This document shows, one piece after another, positions 18,001 to 27,711 of a DNA stretch of 64,000 bases. The notes below the pieces were generated by a model. The model worked only from the letters and a program-made list of their open reading frames with translations, was not told the origin of the DNA and did no database searches. A program made the translations under genes and the position numbers. Position 1 is the first letter of the stretch, and the number at the start of each line of letters is the position of its first letter. The DNA comes from Cyanobacteriota bacterium (lineage in GTDB: Bacteria > Cyanobacteriota > Cyanobacteriia > Thermostichales > Thermostichaceae): assembly GCA_033764955.1 (NCBI GenBank), contig JANRIL010000023.1:97290-161289 (forward strand). Reading direction: 5' to 3'.

Positions 18001-19758
18001 ATGACACCTTCACCACTCCTCGACCTTGCCAAACAGGGGGATCCCCAGGCGATTGCCCACCTGCTCAACCACAGCCTGCGCTCCCGTGGGTTAACCGCCA
18101 CCGTCACCCGCCAGCACCACATCCTCACCATCCAGCTAACGGGGGATCCATCTCCGGATCCCGCCTCCACCCTGAGTATGTTGCACAAAGGCTTGGTGCG
18201 CTTGGCCGTTCAGGGCATCACCCAAGTTGAGATAGCCGCCTTTCTAAAAAATCAGGCCACCCCAGTCTGGCAGCGCTCCTTCACCCTCTTCCCCCCTGCC
18301 CTCAGCCCCCCTCCCCTCCAAGTGGGATCCCTTCTTCACAACCGCTATCGCTTAGAAAAGCTGCTGGCCGAAAATGCCTTTCGGCAAACCTGGTTAGCCA
18401 AAGACCGAGATCAGCGCCCCGTTGTGGTGAAATGGCTCACCTTTGGTGGACAAATGAGCTGGCAAGACTACGATTTATTTGAGCGAGAAACCAAAGTCCT
18501 ACAGCACCTCAACCACCCCCATATTCCCTGCTACCGAGATTCCTTTGTGATCGAGGGATCCCCTACGGTTTTTGGCCTTGTCTATGACTATGTGCCCGGA
18601 TATTCCCTCAAAGAATGGTTGACCCAGGGAAAACATTTTACCGAATCCGAGGTACGTCAGATTGCTGAGAGCGTCCTCAATATTTTGATTTATTTACATC
18701 AACTCAATCCTCCCCTATTGCATCGCGATATCAAACCCAGCAACCTGATTGTGGGGGAAGATCAAGAGATTTATCTGGTGGATTTTGGAGCGGTGCAAGA
18801 TCACTCCACCCGCGAAGGGCGCACCTTTACGGTGGTGGGTACCTACGGCTATGCGCCCACCGAACAGTTTGGCGGACGAGCCGTCCCCGCCTCCGATCTC
18901 TATGGTCTCGGAGCCACCCTGATTCACCTGCTGACCGGCACCGCTCCCGCCGATTTGCCCCAACGGGAGTTACGCATTCAGTTTGCCGGACGGGTTAGCA
19001 TTGATGCCAGTTTTGCCCGTTGGCTCAGCCGCCTGGTGGAACCCGCCCCCGAACATCGCTATCGCACCGCTCAGCAAGCCCTAGCCGTCCTGCAAAATCC
19101 CCGCCTCGACAGCGTGGATCCCCAAGCCAAAATGAACCTTGCTCAGGCGGAAGTCAAAGCCTTGGTGGGATCCCTGCAAACCCCCCATCAAGTAGATCGT
19201 CTCCTACAAACCTCTCACCTTCGATCCAATAAAATTGGCAAACCCTACGGTACGCAAGTGGAAGTGAAACATTCCCCCAATCAGCTATCCATTCATATTC
19301 CCCGCCGCGGCATCCGATTGTTAGATATACCTTTTTTAGGTATTTGGGGATTTTGGATTATCACGATACTGGTCGGGAGCATCATTCACCTGCTGACCAA
19401 TTTAACAGCTCCCATCGGCCTCCCTCTATTTTTTTTGCTCCTTGCCATAGGGATCCTGACCTGGTTGCTGCAATTTTATTTGGGTACGACAGAAGTAAAA
19501 TTCACCCAGCAAGACTTTCAAATTGAGCGCCGTTTTGCCGGGATCCTCCTGCGCCGAGGGGGGATTATTGCCCCCATTTTGGATGTCTTTCAAGAAACCC
19601 GTTATAATCGCCACTGGAGCGGCGTGCTTCTCCCCAAAGATGACCAAGTGACCATTCAGATGGGGATCCACACCTACTCCTTCGGGCATCAAGCCCTTAC
19701 TAAAGTAGAATGCCTCTGGATTGCCCACGAGATCAAACAATGGATAGGATTAGCTTAG
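18001..19758 (+). CDS. Serine/threonine protein kinase with C-terminal TM segments
   Basis: HRDIKPSN, DFGAV, GTYGYAPTEQ and SDLYGLG motifs. Confidence 0.92.
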   Translation: MTPSPLLDLAKQGDPQAIAHLLNHSLRSRGLTATVTRQHHILTIQLTGDPSPDPASTLSMLHKGLVRLAVQGITQVEIAAFLKNQATPVWQRSFTLFPPALSPPPLQVGSLLHNRYRLEKLLAENAFRQTWLAKDRDQRPVVVKWLTFGGQMSWQDYDLFERETKVLQHLNHPHIPCYRDSFVIEGSPTVFGLVYDYVPGYSLKEWLTQGKHFTESEVRQIAESVLNILIYLHQLNPPLLHRDIKPSNLIVGEDQEIYLVDFGAVQDHSTREGRTFTVVGTYGYAPTEQFGGRAVPASDLYGLGATLIHLLTGTAPADLPQRELRIQFAGRVSIDASFARWLSRLVEPAPEHRYRTAQQALAVLQNPRLDSVDPQAKMNLAQAEVKALVGSLQTPHQVDRLLQTSHLRSNKIGKPYGTQVEVKHSPNQLSIHIPRRGIRLLDIPFLGIWGFWIITILVGSIIHLLTNLTAPIGLPLFFLLLAIGILTWLLQFYLGTTEVKFTQQDFQIERRFAGILLRRGGIIAPILDVFQETRYNRHWSGVLLPKDDQVTIQMGIHTYSFGHQALTKVECLWIAHEIKQWIGLA

Positions 19759-19867
19759 TGAGACACCGATTAGGGATCCCAAAAATTGTCCCCTCTTGCG
19801 TATAACTTGCCCACTTAGGCTTCTCCAAAAGCATCCCTTCAACCGACCGATACGAACCAGCACCAAT

Positions 19868-20125
19868 ATGGCTATCGTCAACCCCTTCTCCCTCAAACTA
19901 GAAATTAGCAAGCTATTTCAACAGGGACAATCATTTTTTGCCCTCTCCAAAGTGGAATCTTGGTTACGGGAGCATCACGAAAATCCTGGCGATTTTGACA
20001 TCACCTTTCACCAAGAAATGCCCTCTCCTGATGACAGCGCCGTCATGCTGATTGGCATTCAACTCAGCCGACGGGATGGGCAAGCGGTGGATCCCTGGCT
20101 AATCGAAGAAATTAATCGCTTGTAG
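19868..20125 (+). CDS. Small conserved cyanobacterial-type hypothetical protein
   Basis: ATG at 19868 (MAIVNPFSLKLEISKLFQQGQSFF); compact ORF between two genes. Confidence 0.6.
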   Translation: MAIVNPFSLKLEISKLFQQGQSFFALSKVESWLREHHENPGDFDITFHQEMPSPDDSAVMLIGIQLSRRDGQAVDPWLIEEINRL

Positions 20126-20215
20126 CCGCGATCGATCGTAACTGACAGGAATGGTTGTAACCCCTATTCCACAACTCAATCAGCCGGATTTATTGAAAAC
20201 CTCACTAATTTCTTT

Positions 20216-20581
20216 TTACTGAACGTATTGATAAACCGTTTCTAACAGTTCTTTGGGAGCATAGGGCTTGGTGATATAAGCATTTCCCCCTTGCCGCATC
20301 GCCCAAAACTTATCAAACTGTTCATTTTTGGAGCTGCAAAACACAATCGGCACCTGCGCCAAATGAGCTTCTGAGCGAATCATGCGACAGAGTTCTAGGC
20401 CACTTTGACCGGGCATGACAATATCCAACAAAATCAAGTTGGGAGGAGTATGGTTTTGTAGCCACTGCCAAGCATCTTCGGCAGTACCCACGGTTTCTAC
20501 GCTAAACCCTGCCTGGGAAAGCAGCCCTGTCGCCACCTGCCGCTCGGTTTGCCCATCTTCCACAACGAGTACTGTTTTCAT
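20216..20581 (-). CDS. Single-domain response regulator (CheY/PilH-like)
   Basis: VLVVED, LLDIVMPGQSGLELCR, DKFWAMRQGGNAYITKP. Confidence 0.9.
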   Translation of the reverse strand: MKTVLVVEDGQTERQVATGLLSQAGFSVETVGTAEDAWQWLQNHTPPNLILLDIVMPGQSGLELCRMIRSEAHLAQVPIVFCSSKNEQFDKFWAMRQGGNAYITKPYAPKELLETVYQYVQ

Positions 20582-20833
20582 TGGAGGATTCCATGATTAA
20601 GTAGCTTTCCTCCTACAATACAGCACTCCCCCTCACCTATGAGGGCTACCCCCTGAACAGCCCAGCTCATTCCAGGATTCCTAAAGATTCGGGTGATCAA
20701 AAGATTATCAAAACCCTATGCTTGTTGCCAATTTTGTTTAAGGATAGGGATCCCTAGCATCATTCATCTGCCCATTTTGCTTCAAAAAAGGGATTAAGCT
20801 AAAAAGGATTTTCTTTCTTGTCCGTGTGAATTG

Positions 20834-21889
20834 ATGCCTGATTTTGCTACCCCTGATTCTACCGACTTACTGACGGAATCCTACCATTACGACCTACCCC
20901 CCCACCTGATTGCCCAAGCACCCATTCATCCCAGAGATGCCGCCCGCCTATTGGTTGTCCACTCAGATAACCACAGCCATAGCACCTTCCGCGACTTGCC
21001 TCTTTGGCTCCAGCCCCGCGATTTATTGGTTCTCAATGATACTCAGGTGATCCCAGCCCGCTTATACGGGCACAAGCAAACCGGAGCCAAGGTGGAAATC
21101 TTGCTCTTAGAACAGCAGGAATCTGATAGTTGGCTGGCTCTGGTCAAACCAGGGCGGCGGGTGCGGGTGGGGGATCGGCTCACCTTTGCTCAAGGACTGC
21201 AAGCGCAGGTGATGCAGACGGATCCCGCCACAGGCGGTCGCATCTTGCAGTTTTTCTGGCCGCCGGATCGCCTCTTTCGTGAAATCTTGCAGGCCATCGG
21301 AGAGGTGCCTTTGCCCCCCTACATCACCGAACGCACTAGCTCCCCCAGCGACTATCAAACCCTCTGGGCTTGTCAGCCGGGATCCGTTGCTGCCCCCACC
21401 GCCGGATTGCACTTCACCGCCGATCTCCTGAATGCCCTCAAAGCACGAGGGATCCTGACCGCCACCATCACCCTCAATATTGGTCTGGGCACCTTCCGCC
21501 CCGTCGAGGTGAAACATCTGCAACACCACCCCATGCATGCCGAGTGGTTGCAGGTTCCCGCCGCCACCACCGAAAAAATTAAGCAAACCCAAGCCCAGGG
21601 CGGACGAATTATCGCCGTAGGTACTACCGTTGTGCGTGCCCTAGAAAGCGCCGCTCAGCAGGGCAACCTGGATCCCTGGCAGGGCAAGAGCCAGTTGTTT
21701 ATTTATCCCGGCTATCGCTGGCGGGTGGTGCAAGGGTTAATTACCAACTTTCACCTGCCCCGTTCCAGCCTGTTGATGCTGGTGAGTGCCCTGATCGGTC
21801 GGGATCGTGTCCTCCGCCTCTATGCGGAGGCGATTGAGCAGCAATACCGCTTCTTTTCGTTCGGGGATGGAATGTTGATCCTGCCTTAG
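20834..21889 (+). CDS. queA: S-adenosylmethionine:tRNA ribosyltransferase-isomerase
   Basis: LIAQAP, NDTQVIPARL, PLPPYI, GSVAAPTAGLHF, TNFHLPRSS and YRFFSFGD motifs. Confidence 0.97.
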   Translation: MPDFATPDSTDLLTESYHYDLPPHLIAQAPIHPRDAARLLVVHSDNHSHSTFRDLPLWLQPRDLLVLNDTQVIPARLYGHKQTGAKVEILLLEQQESDSWLALVKPGRRVRVGDRLTFAQGLQAQVMQTDPATGGRILQFFWPPDRLFREILQAIGEVPLPPYITERTSSPSDYQTLWACQPGSVAAPTAGLHFTADLLNALKARGILTATITLNIGLGTFRPVEVKHLQHHPMHAEWLQVPAATTEKIKQTQAQGGRIIAVGTTVVRALESAAQQGNLDPWQGKSQLFIYPGYRWRVVQGLITNFHLPRSSLLMLVSALIGRDRVLRLYAEAIEQQYRFFSFGDGMLILP

Positions 21890-21890
21890 T

Positions 21891-22115
21891 CTAGTCGTCA
21901 TCATCGCTGTCAAAGTCATCGTCATAACCATCATCATCTAGCAACCCATCGATATCCTCGATATCTTCTTCGGTCACGGCTGCCGTCAGATCCGGCGCTT
22001 GCTCAATTAAACGTCCCTGCCGTCGCAGCCAGTCAATAATCGAAAGGCTGTCTTTCGCGGGCACGACGGTCGGGGGACTATCCCACCGTTCTTCAGTTAA
22101 GGAAGGATTATTCAT
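21891..22115 (-). CDS. Small acidic protein (DUF3134-like)
   Basis: NPSL.E...P..V.P.K..SIIDWL...GRL followed by an acidic tail. Confidence 0.6.
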   Translation of the reverse strand: MNNPSLTEERWDSPPTVVPAKDSLSIIDWLRRQGRLIEQAPDLTAAVTEEDIEDIDGLLDDDGYDDDFDSDDDD

Positions 22116-22224
22116 AGCTAATCACCAATTGGATCATTCAATGGAGGCATTGCGTGGGGGCATTCAGTAAAATCAAAACTGGTTGCCCAACAGCCAGGGA
22201 TCCACCATAACCCAAAGTTGCCCC

Positions 22225-22596
22225 ATGCACCCAGAACCCCCTCCCATTCCCCTCTATCACTGGCATCTGTTTCTGTGCGCGGATCAAACGAAACCAAAAT
22301 GTTGTGAGAAATCCTTGGGTCTGGAGGTTTGGGATTATCTCAAGCAGCGCCTAAAACAGTTGGGTCTAGAGAGCGACCGCCTGCGGGTTTATCGCACCAA
22401 GGCCAACTGTTTGCGAGCCTGTGATCAGCAAATCCCTGGCCCTGTGCTGCTGATCTATCCGGGCGGCTTTTGGTATGAACGAGTGACCTCTGATGTGCTA
22501 GAGCGGATTTTGCAGGAGCATATCTTGTCCGGGATCCCCGTAGTCGAGCATCTGGTGGCTCAGGATCGCTTGGTGTCCTCTGGTTTAACGGGCTAG
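22225..22596 (+). CDS. Thioredoxin-like (2Fe-2S) ferredoxin
   Basis: HLFLCADQTKPKCC, RTKANCLRAC, GP.LLIYPGG.WY. Confidence 0.85.
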   Translation: MHPEPPPIPLYHWHLFLCADQTKPKCCEKSLGLEVWDYLKQRLKQLGLESDRLRVYRTKANCLRACDQQIPGPVLLIYPGGFWYERVTSDVLERILQEHILSGIPVVEHLVAQDRLVSSGLTG

Positions 22597-22622
22597 CTGG
22601 AGTAAGAATTATCCATCTCAGC

Positions 22623-23171
22623 TCAAGAGCGACGGACGCGGTAGGAGCGGCGGCGGGGTTTCTGCCAGCGTTTGCGCCAGCGTTTCCAGCTAGAAAACGT
22701 CCAATCGCTGAGGGAGTGGTTGATGGATCCCAGTTCTAGTCCACAAAAAATCCCGATTAAAAGCGGTTGATGCACCTGTCCCCACTGCCAGAGATCCGAG
22801 AGCCAGGTGGAGGGCTGCCAGAGCCAATAGCCCGCCAAAGCCCCTAAAGCTGCCACAGGCAAAAGGAGAATTCCCAGCCAGACCCCTAGATAAAGCAAGC
22901 GAATCAGGGATCCCACCAACAATCCGTGAGACCAAAAGGAGCGATGGCGCATCAGCCGCCGATAGGGGATCCAAATCCAGCGCAGCCCCAGCCAGCGACG
23001 ATACTGCTTAGAATAAATATCGAGATCGCCGGAAAACATCAGCCCACTAAACAAATAGGCGGTGGCCGTTGCCAAGGTGATATCCGCCTGCTCCGTTACC
23101 AATCCTGTGGCCAGTATAATGGCGGGAGCCGTCCAGAGGGTGATCCGATCATGGGTAGTTGCTAGGGGCAT
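22623..23171 (-). CDS. DUF2227 family metal-binding membrane protein
   Basis: THDRITLW, DLDI.S, W.PY..HRSFWSHG and H.LSD motifs. Confidence 0.8.
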   Translation of the reverse strand: MPLATTHDRITLWTAPAIILATGLVTEQADITLATATAYLFSGLMFSGDLDIYSKQYRRWLGLRWIWIPYRRLMRHRSFWSHGLLVGSLIRLLYLGVWLGILLLPVAALGALAGYWLWQPSTWLSDLWQWGQVHQPLLIGIFCGLELGSINHSLSDWTFSSWKRWRKRWQKPRRRSYRVRRS

Positions 23172-23286
23172 ATTCTGTCTCTCCTCAAGCCCGTGGGGGA
23201 AATCCTCTCCCCGTCTGAAGCTGATTCAAGCAAAAATTCAGCTCTCGTCAAGGCGGATCCCTTTTTCTTCAGGGAACCCCAGCCGA

Positions 23287-24474
23287 TCATGGCTTTGGCT
23301 TCACCACTTCCACCTTGACAGGCACCACACCCGATTGAATCATGCCTAAAGCTTGCGCCGCTCCCAAGGAGAGATCGATAATCCGGTTTTGGATAAAAGG
23401 TCCCCGATCATTAATTTCGACAACCGTTCGCTTACCATTCTCTAAATTGGTTACCTGCACCTGGGTGCCAAAGGGAAGCGTCAGGTGAGCGGCGGTCAGC
23501 GCCTCCGGCTGAGCAGAGTGTCCATACCAGGAGGCCAATCCTTGTTGTTGGCTGCCGGGGAGCACCGCCACCGGATTGCCTGGTGAGGCGGCGGAGAGAT
23601 TCTCAGGGATGCCGGTATCGGCGCTAGGCAAGGGGGGAATCGAGAGGGGGGGAGCATCCAGCAAGAGGCGGCGCAGGCGGTTAGTGGCTAAAAGCGCCGC
23701 ATTCGCCACTTCTGCCGGGGTATCCGCCTGCCAAATGCCCCGATCAAAACGCACCAGTTCTTGGTCGGCACTTTTGATGGCATAAATAGGCTGGGCTTGC
23801 CCCGGCTCCGTCACCAGATCGAGGGTGATGGATTGATCTTTCAGATAGTGTTGCGCCAAATGATTGATTTGTGCTGCCAACGCACTCCCCCGCAAGAGGG
23901 GGCTGGCTGTATCTGGTTCCTCCACAAAACTGACGATGGGCAAATCCCGCACATAAACGGTGGTCACCGAGCGGTTGTCCATCTCATAGTCATAGAGGGT
24001 AGCAACGGGCAACGGAGAGAGAGAGTCTTGTTCATACCGTTGGCCGATCTTGAGAGCCTCCTCCGGCTGGGGCTGATCCTGGAGGGTGGTGATGTCGGTC
24101 AGTAGACTGGGTTGCGGTGAAGACGCCACCTGAGCGGGGGTAACAAAAGCCTGAATGGGATCCTGGGCGGCGGCCTTGCGGGAGGGAGAGGGAGATTGGT
24201 CAGGGCTGGCCGCCACTACCCCCGCTACCACAGAAGAGTCCGTCAAAGGGGAAGGATGCAGGCTGCTGATCCAATCAGACGGTGGATTTAGGGTGGGGGA
24301 AGGAGAGGGATCGAGGGAGGGAGATTCCGTGGCTTGCGCCCAAGGTGACCCCGTAGCAAGGGGGAAGGCTTGTACCACCGTAGCGCCTGCCAGGGTTGAT
24401 TTCAGCAAAAATACGGTGATGCTTAGCAGTCTGTAGCTCCTCATAAGGACGGAGATCCTCCTGAATTCGTACAC
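23287..24474 (-). CDS. rlpA: RlpA-family septal lytic transglycosylase (DPBB domain)
   Basis: C-terminal GLASWYG..LTAAH.TLPFGT.V.VTNL.NG....V.INDRGPF...RIIDLS. Confidence 0.8.
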   Translation of the reverse strand: MYEFRRISVLMRSYRLLSITVFLLKSTLAGATVVQAFPLATGSPWAQATESPSLDPSPSPTLNPPSDWISSLHPSPLTDSSVVAGVVAASPDQSPSPSRKAAAQDPIQAFVTPAQVASSPQPSLLTDITTLQDQPQPEEALKIGQRYEQDSLSPLPVATLYDYEMDNRSVTTVYVRDLPIVSFVEEPDTASPLLRGSALAAQINHLAQHYLKDQSITLDLVTEPGQAQPIYAIKSADQELVRFDRGIWQADTPAEVANAALLATNRLRRLLLDAPPLSIPPLPSADTGIPENLSAASPGNPVAVLPGSQQQGLASWYGHSAQPEALTAAHLTLPFGTQVQVTNLENGKRTVVEINDRGPFIQNRIIDLSLGAAQALGMIQSGVVPVKVEVVKPKP

Positions 24475-24579
24475 AACATGGGAAGCAGGAGTTAATGTAC
24501 CATAGGTTTTCAGGACTACCTGTTTTGAGTAAAGTTGCTCAGCCGTTTGAAGTCTTATCAGGACAAGGATTCAGAGATT

Positions 24580-25590
24580 TTGGATTATCGTTCCGCAGGG
24601 GTTGACACCGATCTAGGGCGCTCACTTGTCAAGGGGATTGCCCACCGAGTTCAGCGCGCAAAACAACCAGGGGTCTTGGCGGGTATCGGGGGGTTTGCGG
24701 GACTGTTTGCCCTGCCTGGAGGCATGAAAAATCCCGTCTTGGTGGCAGGCACGGATGGGGTAGGAACCAAACTGATGATCGCCCAAGCCTGCCAGCAACA
24801 CACCTCTGTTGGCATTGACTTAGTGGCGATGTGTGTCAACGATGTCTTGACCGTGGGGGGCAAGCCCTTATTTTTCCTGGATTATCTGGCAACGGGCAAA
24901 CTGCAACCAGACTCCGTTTTGCAGGTGATCGACGGCATTATCGCTGGATGTGAGCAGGCGGACTGTGCCCTGCTGGGGGGAGAAACGGCTGAGATGCCAG
25001 GGTTTTATGGGGCAGAGACCTACGATTTGGCGGGTTTTTGTGTGGGTGTGGTCGAGCAATCCGCCATTTTGGATGGGTCACAGGTGCAGGTTGGCGACCG
25101 TGTATGGGGGTTGCCCAGTTCCGGTGTCCATAGCAACGGGTTTAGTTTGGTACGGCGGATCGTGGCGGCTGGCGGCTGGAGGTGGCAAGATGTGCCAACC
25201 GGCTGGACAACGGACTTGGCAGAGACCTTCTTGACCCCCACCCGTATCTATGTCAAAGAAGTGCTGGCGGCTTTGGCGGCGGGATTACCCGTGCACGGTA
25301 TGGCGCACATTACGGGAGGGGGGTGGCCAGAAAATCTACCCCGATGCTTGGGATCCGGTCAATCCATTCAGGTCGATCTGAGGGGATGGCGGATCCCGCC
25401 GATCTTTGCCTGGTTGCAGACGCAGGGTCAGGTTAGCCTCAGGGAAATGTTTCGCACCTTTAACATGGGGATGGGATTGGCTCTGATTGTGCCCCCTGAT
25501 GTAGTGGTGTCCCTCTTCCTGCCGGACGCCTTTGTTGTGGGAGAAGTGGTGGCGGGGAGCGGAGAGGTGGTAGGACTACCCGACGATTGA
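24580..25590 (+). CDS. purM: Phosphoribosylformylglycinamidine cyclo-ligase
   Basis: DY..AGVD, GTDGVGTKL, GGETAEMPG, SSGVHSNG, HITGGG and FNMG motifs. Likely TTG start at 24580. Confidence 0.97.
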   Translation: MDYRSAGVDTDLGRSLVKGIAHRVQRAKQPGVLAGIGGFAGLFALPGGMKNPVLVAGTDGVGTKLMIAQACQQHTSVGIDLVAMCVNDVLTVGGKPLFFLDYLATGKLQPDSVLQVIDGIIAGCEQADCALLGGETAEMPGFYGAETYDLAGFCVGVVEQSAILDGSQVQVGDRVWGLPSSGVHSNGFSLVRRIVAAGGWRWQDVPTGWTTDLAETFLTPTRIYVKEVLAALAAGLPVHGMAHITGGGWPENLPRCLGSGQSIQVDLRGWRIPPIFAWLQTQGQVSLREMFRTFNMGMGLALIVPPDVVVSLFLPDAFVVGEVVAGSGEVVGLPDD

Positions 25591-25802
25591 TCGGGGGCGC
25601 TCAAGGGATCCCACATCATGGTGGGGGTGCAATCCCCCCGGCAAGCTGTGCTACTGTTTCTGATGGACAAAATACCTACCACAACAATTCATCGTGGGGG
25701 ATTGGACAACGTTTCAGGAGGAATGATAGGTATCCACATTCATAACGGGTTAGTTCGAGCCAAATTCGAGCAGCCAATGCCAGCAGTGAGGAACCCTAAC
25801 CG

Positions 25803-26807
25803 ATGATAGAAGTCGAGCAATTGAGCAAAATTTACGGCAGCTTTTCCGCCATTCGCAATATCAACTTTCGCGTCGAACCCGGAGAAATCATGGGTTTCTT
25901 GGGGCCGAATGGGGCGGGCAAGACCACATCCATGCGAATTTTGTCCGGTTATCTGCCGGCTACCTCCGGCACGGCACGGGTGGCTGGATTTGATATCAAC
26001 GACGATTCCATGGCGGTTCGGCAACGGATTGGCTATTTGCCGGAAAACCCGCCCCTCTATACCGAGATGACCGTTGAGTCTTTTCTTTATTTTGTGGCGG
26101 AACTGAAAAAGGTGAGTGCTGGGGATCGCCCTAAGCAGGTGGATCGGGCGATTGAGCGCTGTAGCCTCCAGGAAAAACGTCAGGTGTTGATCCGCAAGCT
26201 CTCCAAGGGCTTTAAGCAGCGGGTGGGGATTGCCCAAGCACTCGTTCATGATCCGCCCGTGATCATTCTGGATGAGCCAACGGTGGGATTGGATCCCAAG
26301 CAGATCATCGAGGTTCGCAACCTGATCAAAAGCTTGGCTGGGGATCACACGATTATTCTGTCCACCCATATCCTGCCGGAAGTCAGCATGACCTGTGATC
26401 GGGTGGTGATCATCAATCGTGGGGAGGTGGTAGCGACGGGAACCCCCAGCGATCCTACTGGGCAGTCGATGTTGGGACCGCAACTACAACTGCAACTGGA
26501 GGGATCCGCCGAGCAGATCCGTGCCCTCTTGCAAGGGATCCCGCAGCTCTCCATTTTGCACCTACAGCCCCTTTCTTTGGAGAATGGACAGGCGCTCCCC
26601 ACCGATCACTGGATGGTGCAGGTGAGCCATCAGTCTGCCGAAGGGGGATCCCAGCCTCGTTGGATGCGAGATGTGGTGTCCACACTGGTGCAGGGTGGGA
26701 TCGGGATCTACGAGGTCCGCCAAAAGCAGGCTTCCCTAGAAGAGGTCTTTTTGCAACTCACCACCCAAGAGGAGTCCAGTTCACCCACGGAGGAAAGCGA
26801 ACCATGA
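25803..26807 (+). CDS. ABC transporter ATP-binding protein (GldA-like)
   Basis: GPNGAGKTT, LSKGFKQRVGIAQAL, ILDEPT, STH. Confidence 0.93.
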   Translation: MIEVEQLSKIYGSFSAIRNINFRVEPGEIMGFLGPNGAGKTTSMRILSGYLPATSGTARVAGFDINDDSMAVRQRIGYLPENPPLYTEMTVESFLYFVAELKKVSAGDRPKQVDRAIERCSLQEKRQVLIRKLSKGFKQRVGIAQALVHDPPVIILDEPTVGLDPKQIIEVRNLIKSLAGDHTIILSTHILPEVSMTCDRVVIINRGEVVATGTPSDPTGQSMLGPQLQLQLEGSAEQIRALLQGIPQLSILHLQPLSLENGQALPTDHWMVQVSHQSAEGGSQPRWMRDVVSTLVQGGIGIYEVRQKQASLEEVFLQLTTQEESSSPTEESEP

Positions 26808-27607
26808 TGCCGAGTATCGTCGATGCCAGCAACAGTGTGATTGCTATTTTTCGTAAAGAACTACGCGGCTACTTTACCTCGCCAATTGCCTATGTAGTGG
26901 CAGCCGCTTTTTGGATCTTGGCGGGTTTCTTTTTTGTTAATTTTGTCGTGCAGGCGGTCAATATTTCTCAGCAGTTTGATGTTTTTAATCAACCGGGACA
27001 AACCTTTGATGCCCCGATGGAGGTCAGCCGCCGCTTTTTGAGTTTGTTGGGCACCCTTTCCCTATTTATTTTGCCCAGCTTAACAATGGGTCTTTATGCC
27101 GAGGAACGGCGGCGCGGCACGATGGAGCTACTCGCCACCTCTCCCATTACCAATCTGGCGGTAGCCGTGGGGAAATGGCTGGCGGTTTTGGTCTACTACA
27201 TTACTCTATTGATTCCGTTATTGGCCTATCAGGTGTTGGCCTACAGCTCAACCCGACCGATGATGGATTATCGGCAAATGCTGTTTGGCTATCTGGGTTT
27301 GGTGTTGATGGCGGGCAGTGTAATGGCCTTGGGGCTGTTTGTCTCCTCCCTCACCGATAGCACCCTGGTGGCTGCCGTCGGAACGTTTGGAATTGTTCTC
27401 TTGCTCTGGGTGATCGACGCCGCCGCCGGACAAAATCAAGGGATCCTAGCGGATGCCCTGCGCCACCTCTCCCTCCTCCAACAGTTTGGCAGTTGGGTGC
27501 AGGGGGTGGTCAGTACCAGCAGTTTGGTTTTATTTCTCAGCATGATCGTGTTGGGCTTGTTTTTGACGGTGCAGTCGGTGGAAGCCCTGCGCTGGCAGCA
27601 AAATTAA
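26804..27607 (+). CDS. ABC-2 type permease (GldF-like)
   Basis: ATGA overlap with the upstream gene; KELRGYF.SP.AY and AEERRRGTMELLATSP motifs; multiple TM helices. Confidence 0.88.
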   Translation: MMPSIVDASNSVIAIFRKELRGYFTSPIAYVVAAAFWILAGFFFVNFVVQAVNISQQFDVFNQPGQTFDAPMEVSRRFLSLLGTLSLFILPSLTMGLYAEERRRGTMELLATSPITNLAVAVGKWLAVLVYYITLLIPLLAYQVLAYSSTRPMMDYRQMLFGYLGLVLMAGSVMALGLFVSSLTDSTLVAAVGTFGIVLLLWVIDAAAGQNQGILADALRHLSLLQQFGSWVQGVVSTSSLVLFLSMIVLGLFLTVQSVEALRWQQN

Positions 27608-27711
27608 GCCCATACCCACAACTCCCTATTTCAGGATCCCCACGTGCTCTAACCCAGGCTCAGCCGATCAGCCGGGGATCCTCTGCGGACAAGCAATCGA
27701 GAGAGGTTGAG

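Noticed and set aside
25740..26483. 247-aa antisense ORF and the many other short overlapping ORFs in the track
   Set aside because: They are shadows of well-supported genes on the opposite strand or in another frame, with no recognisable motifs.
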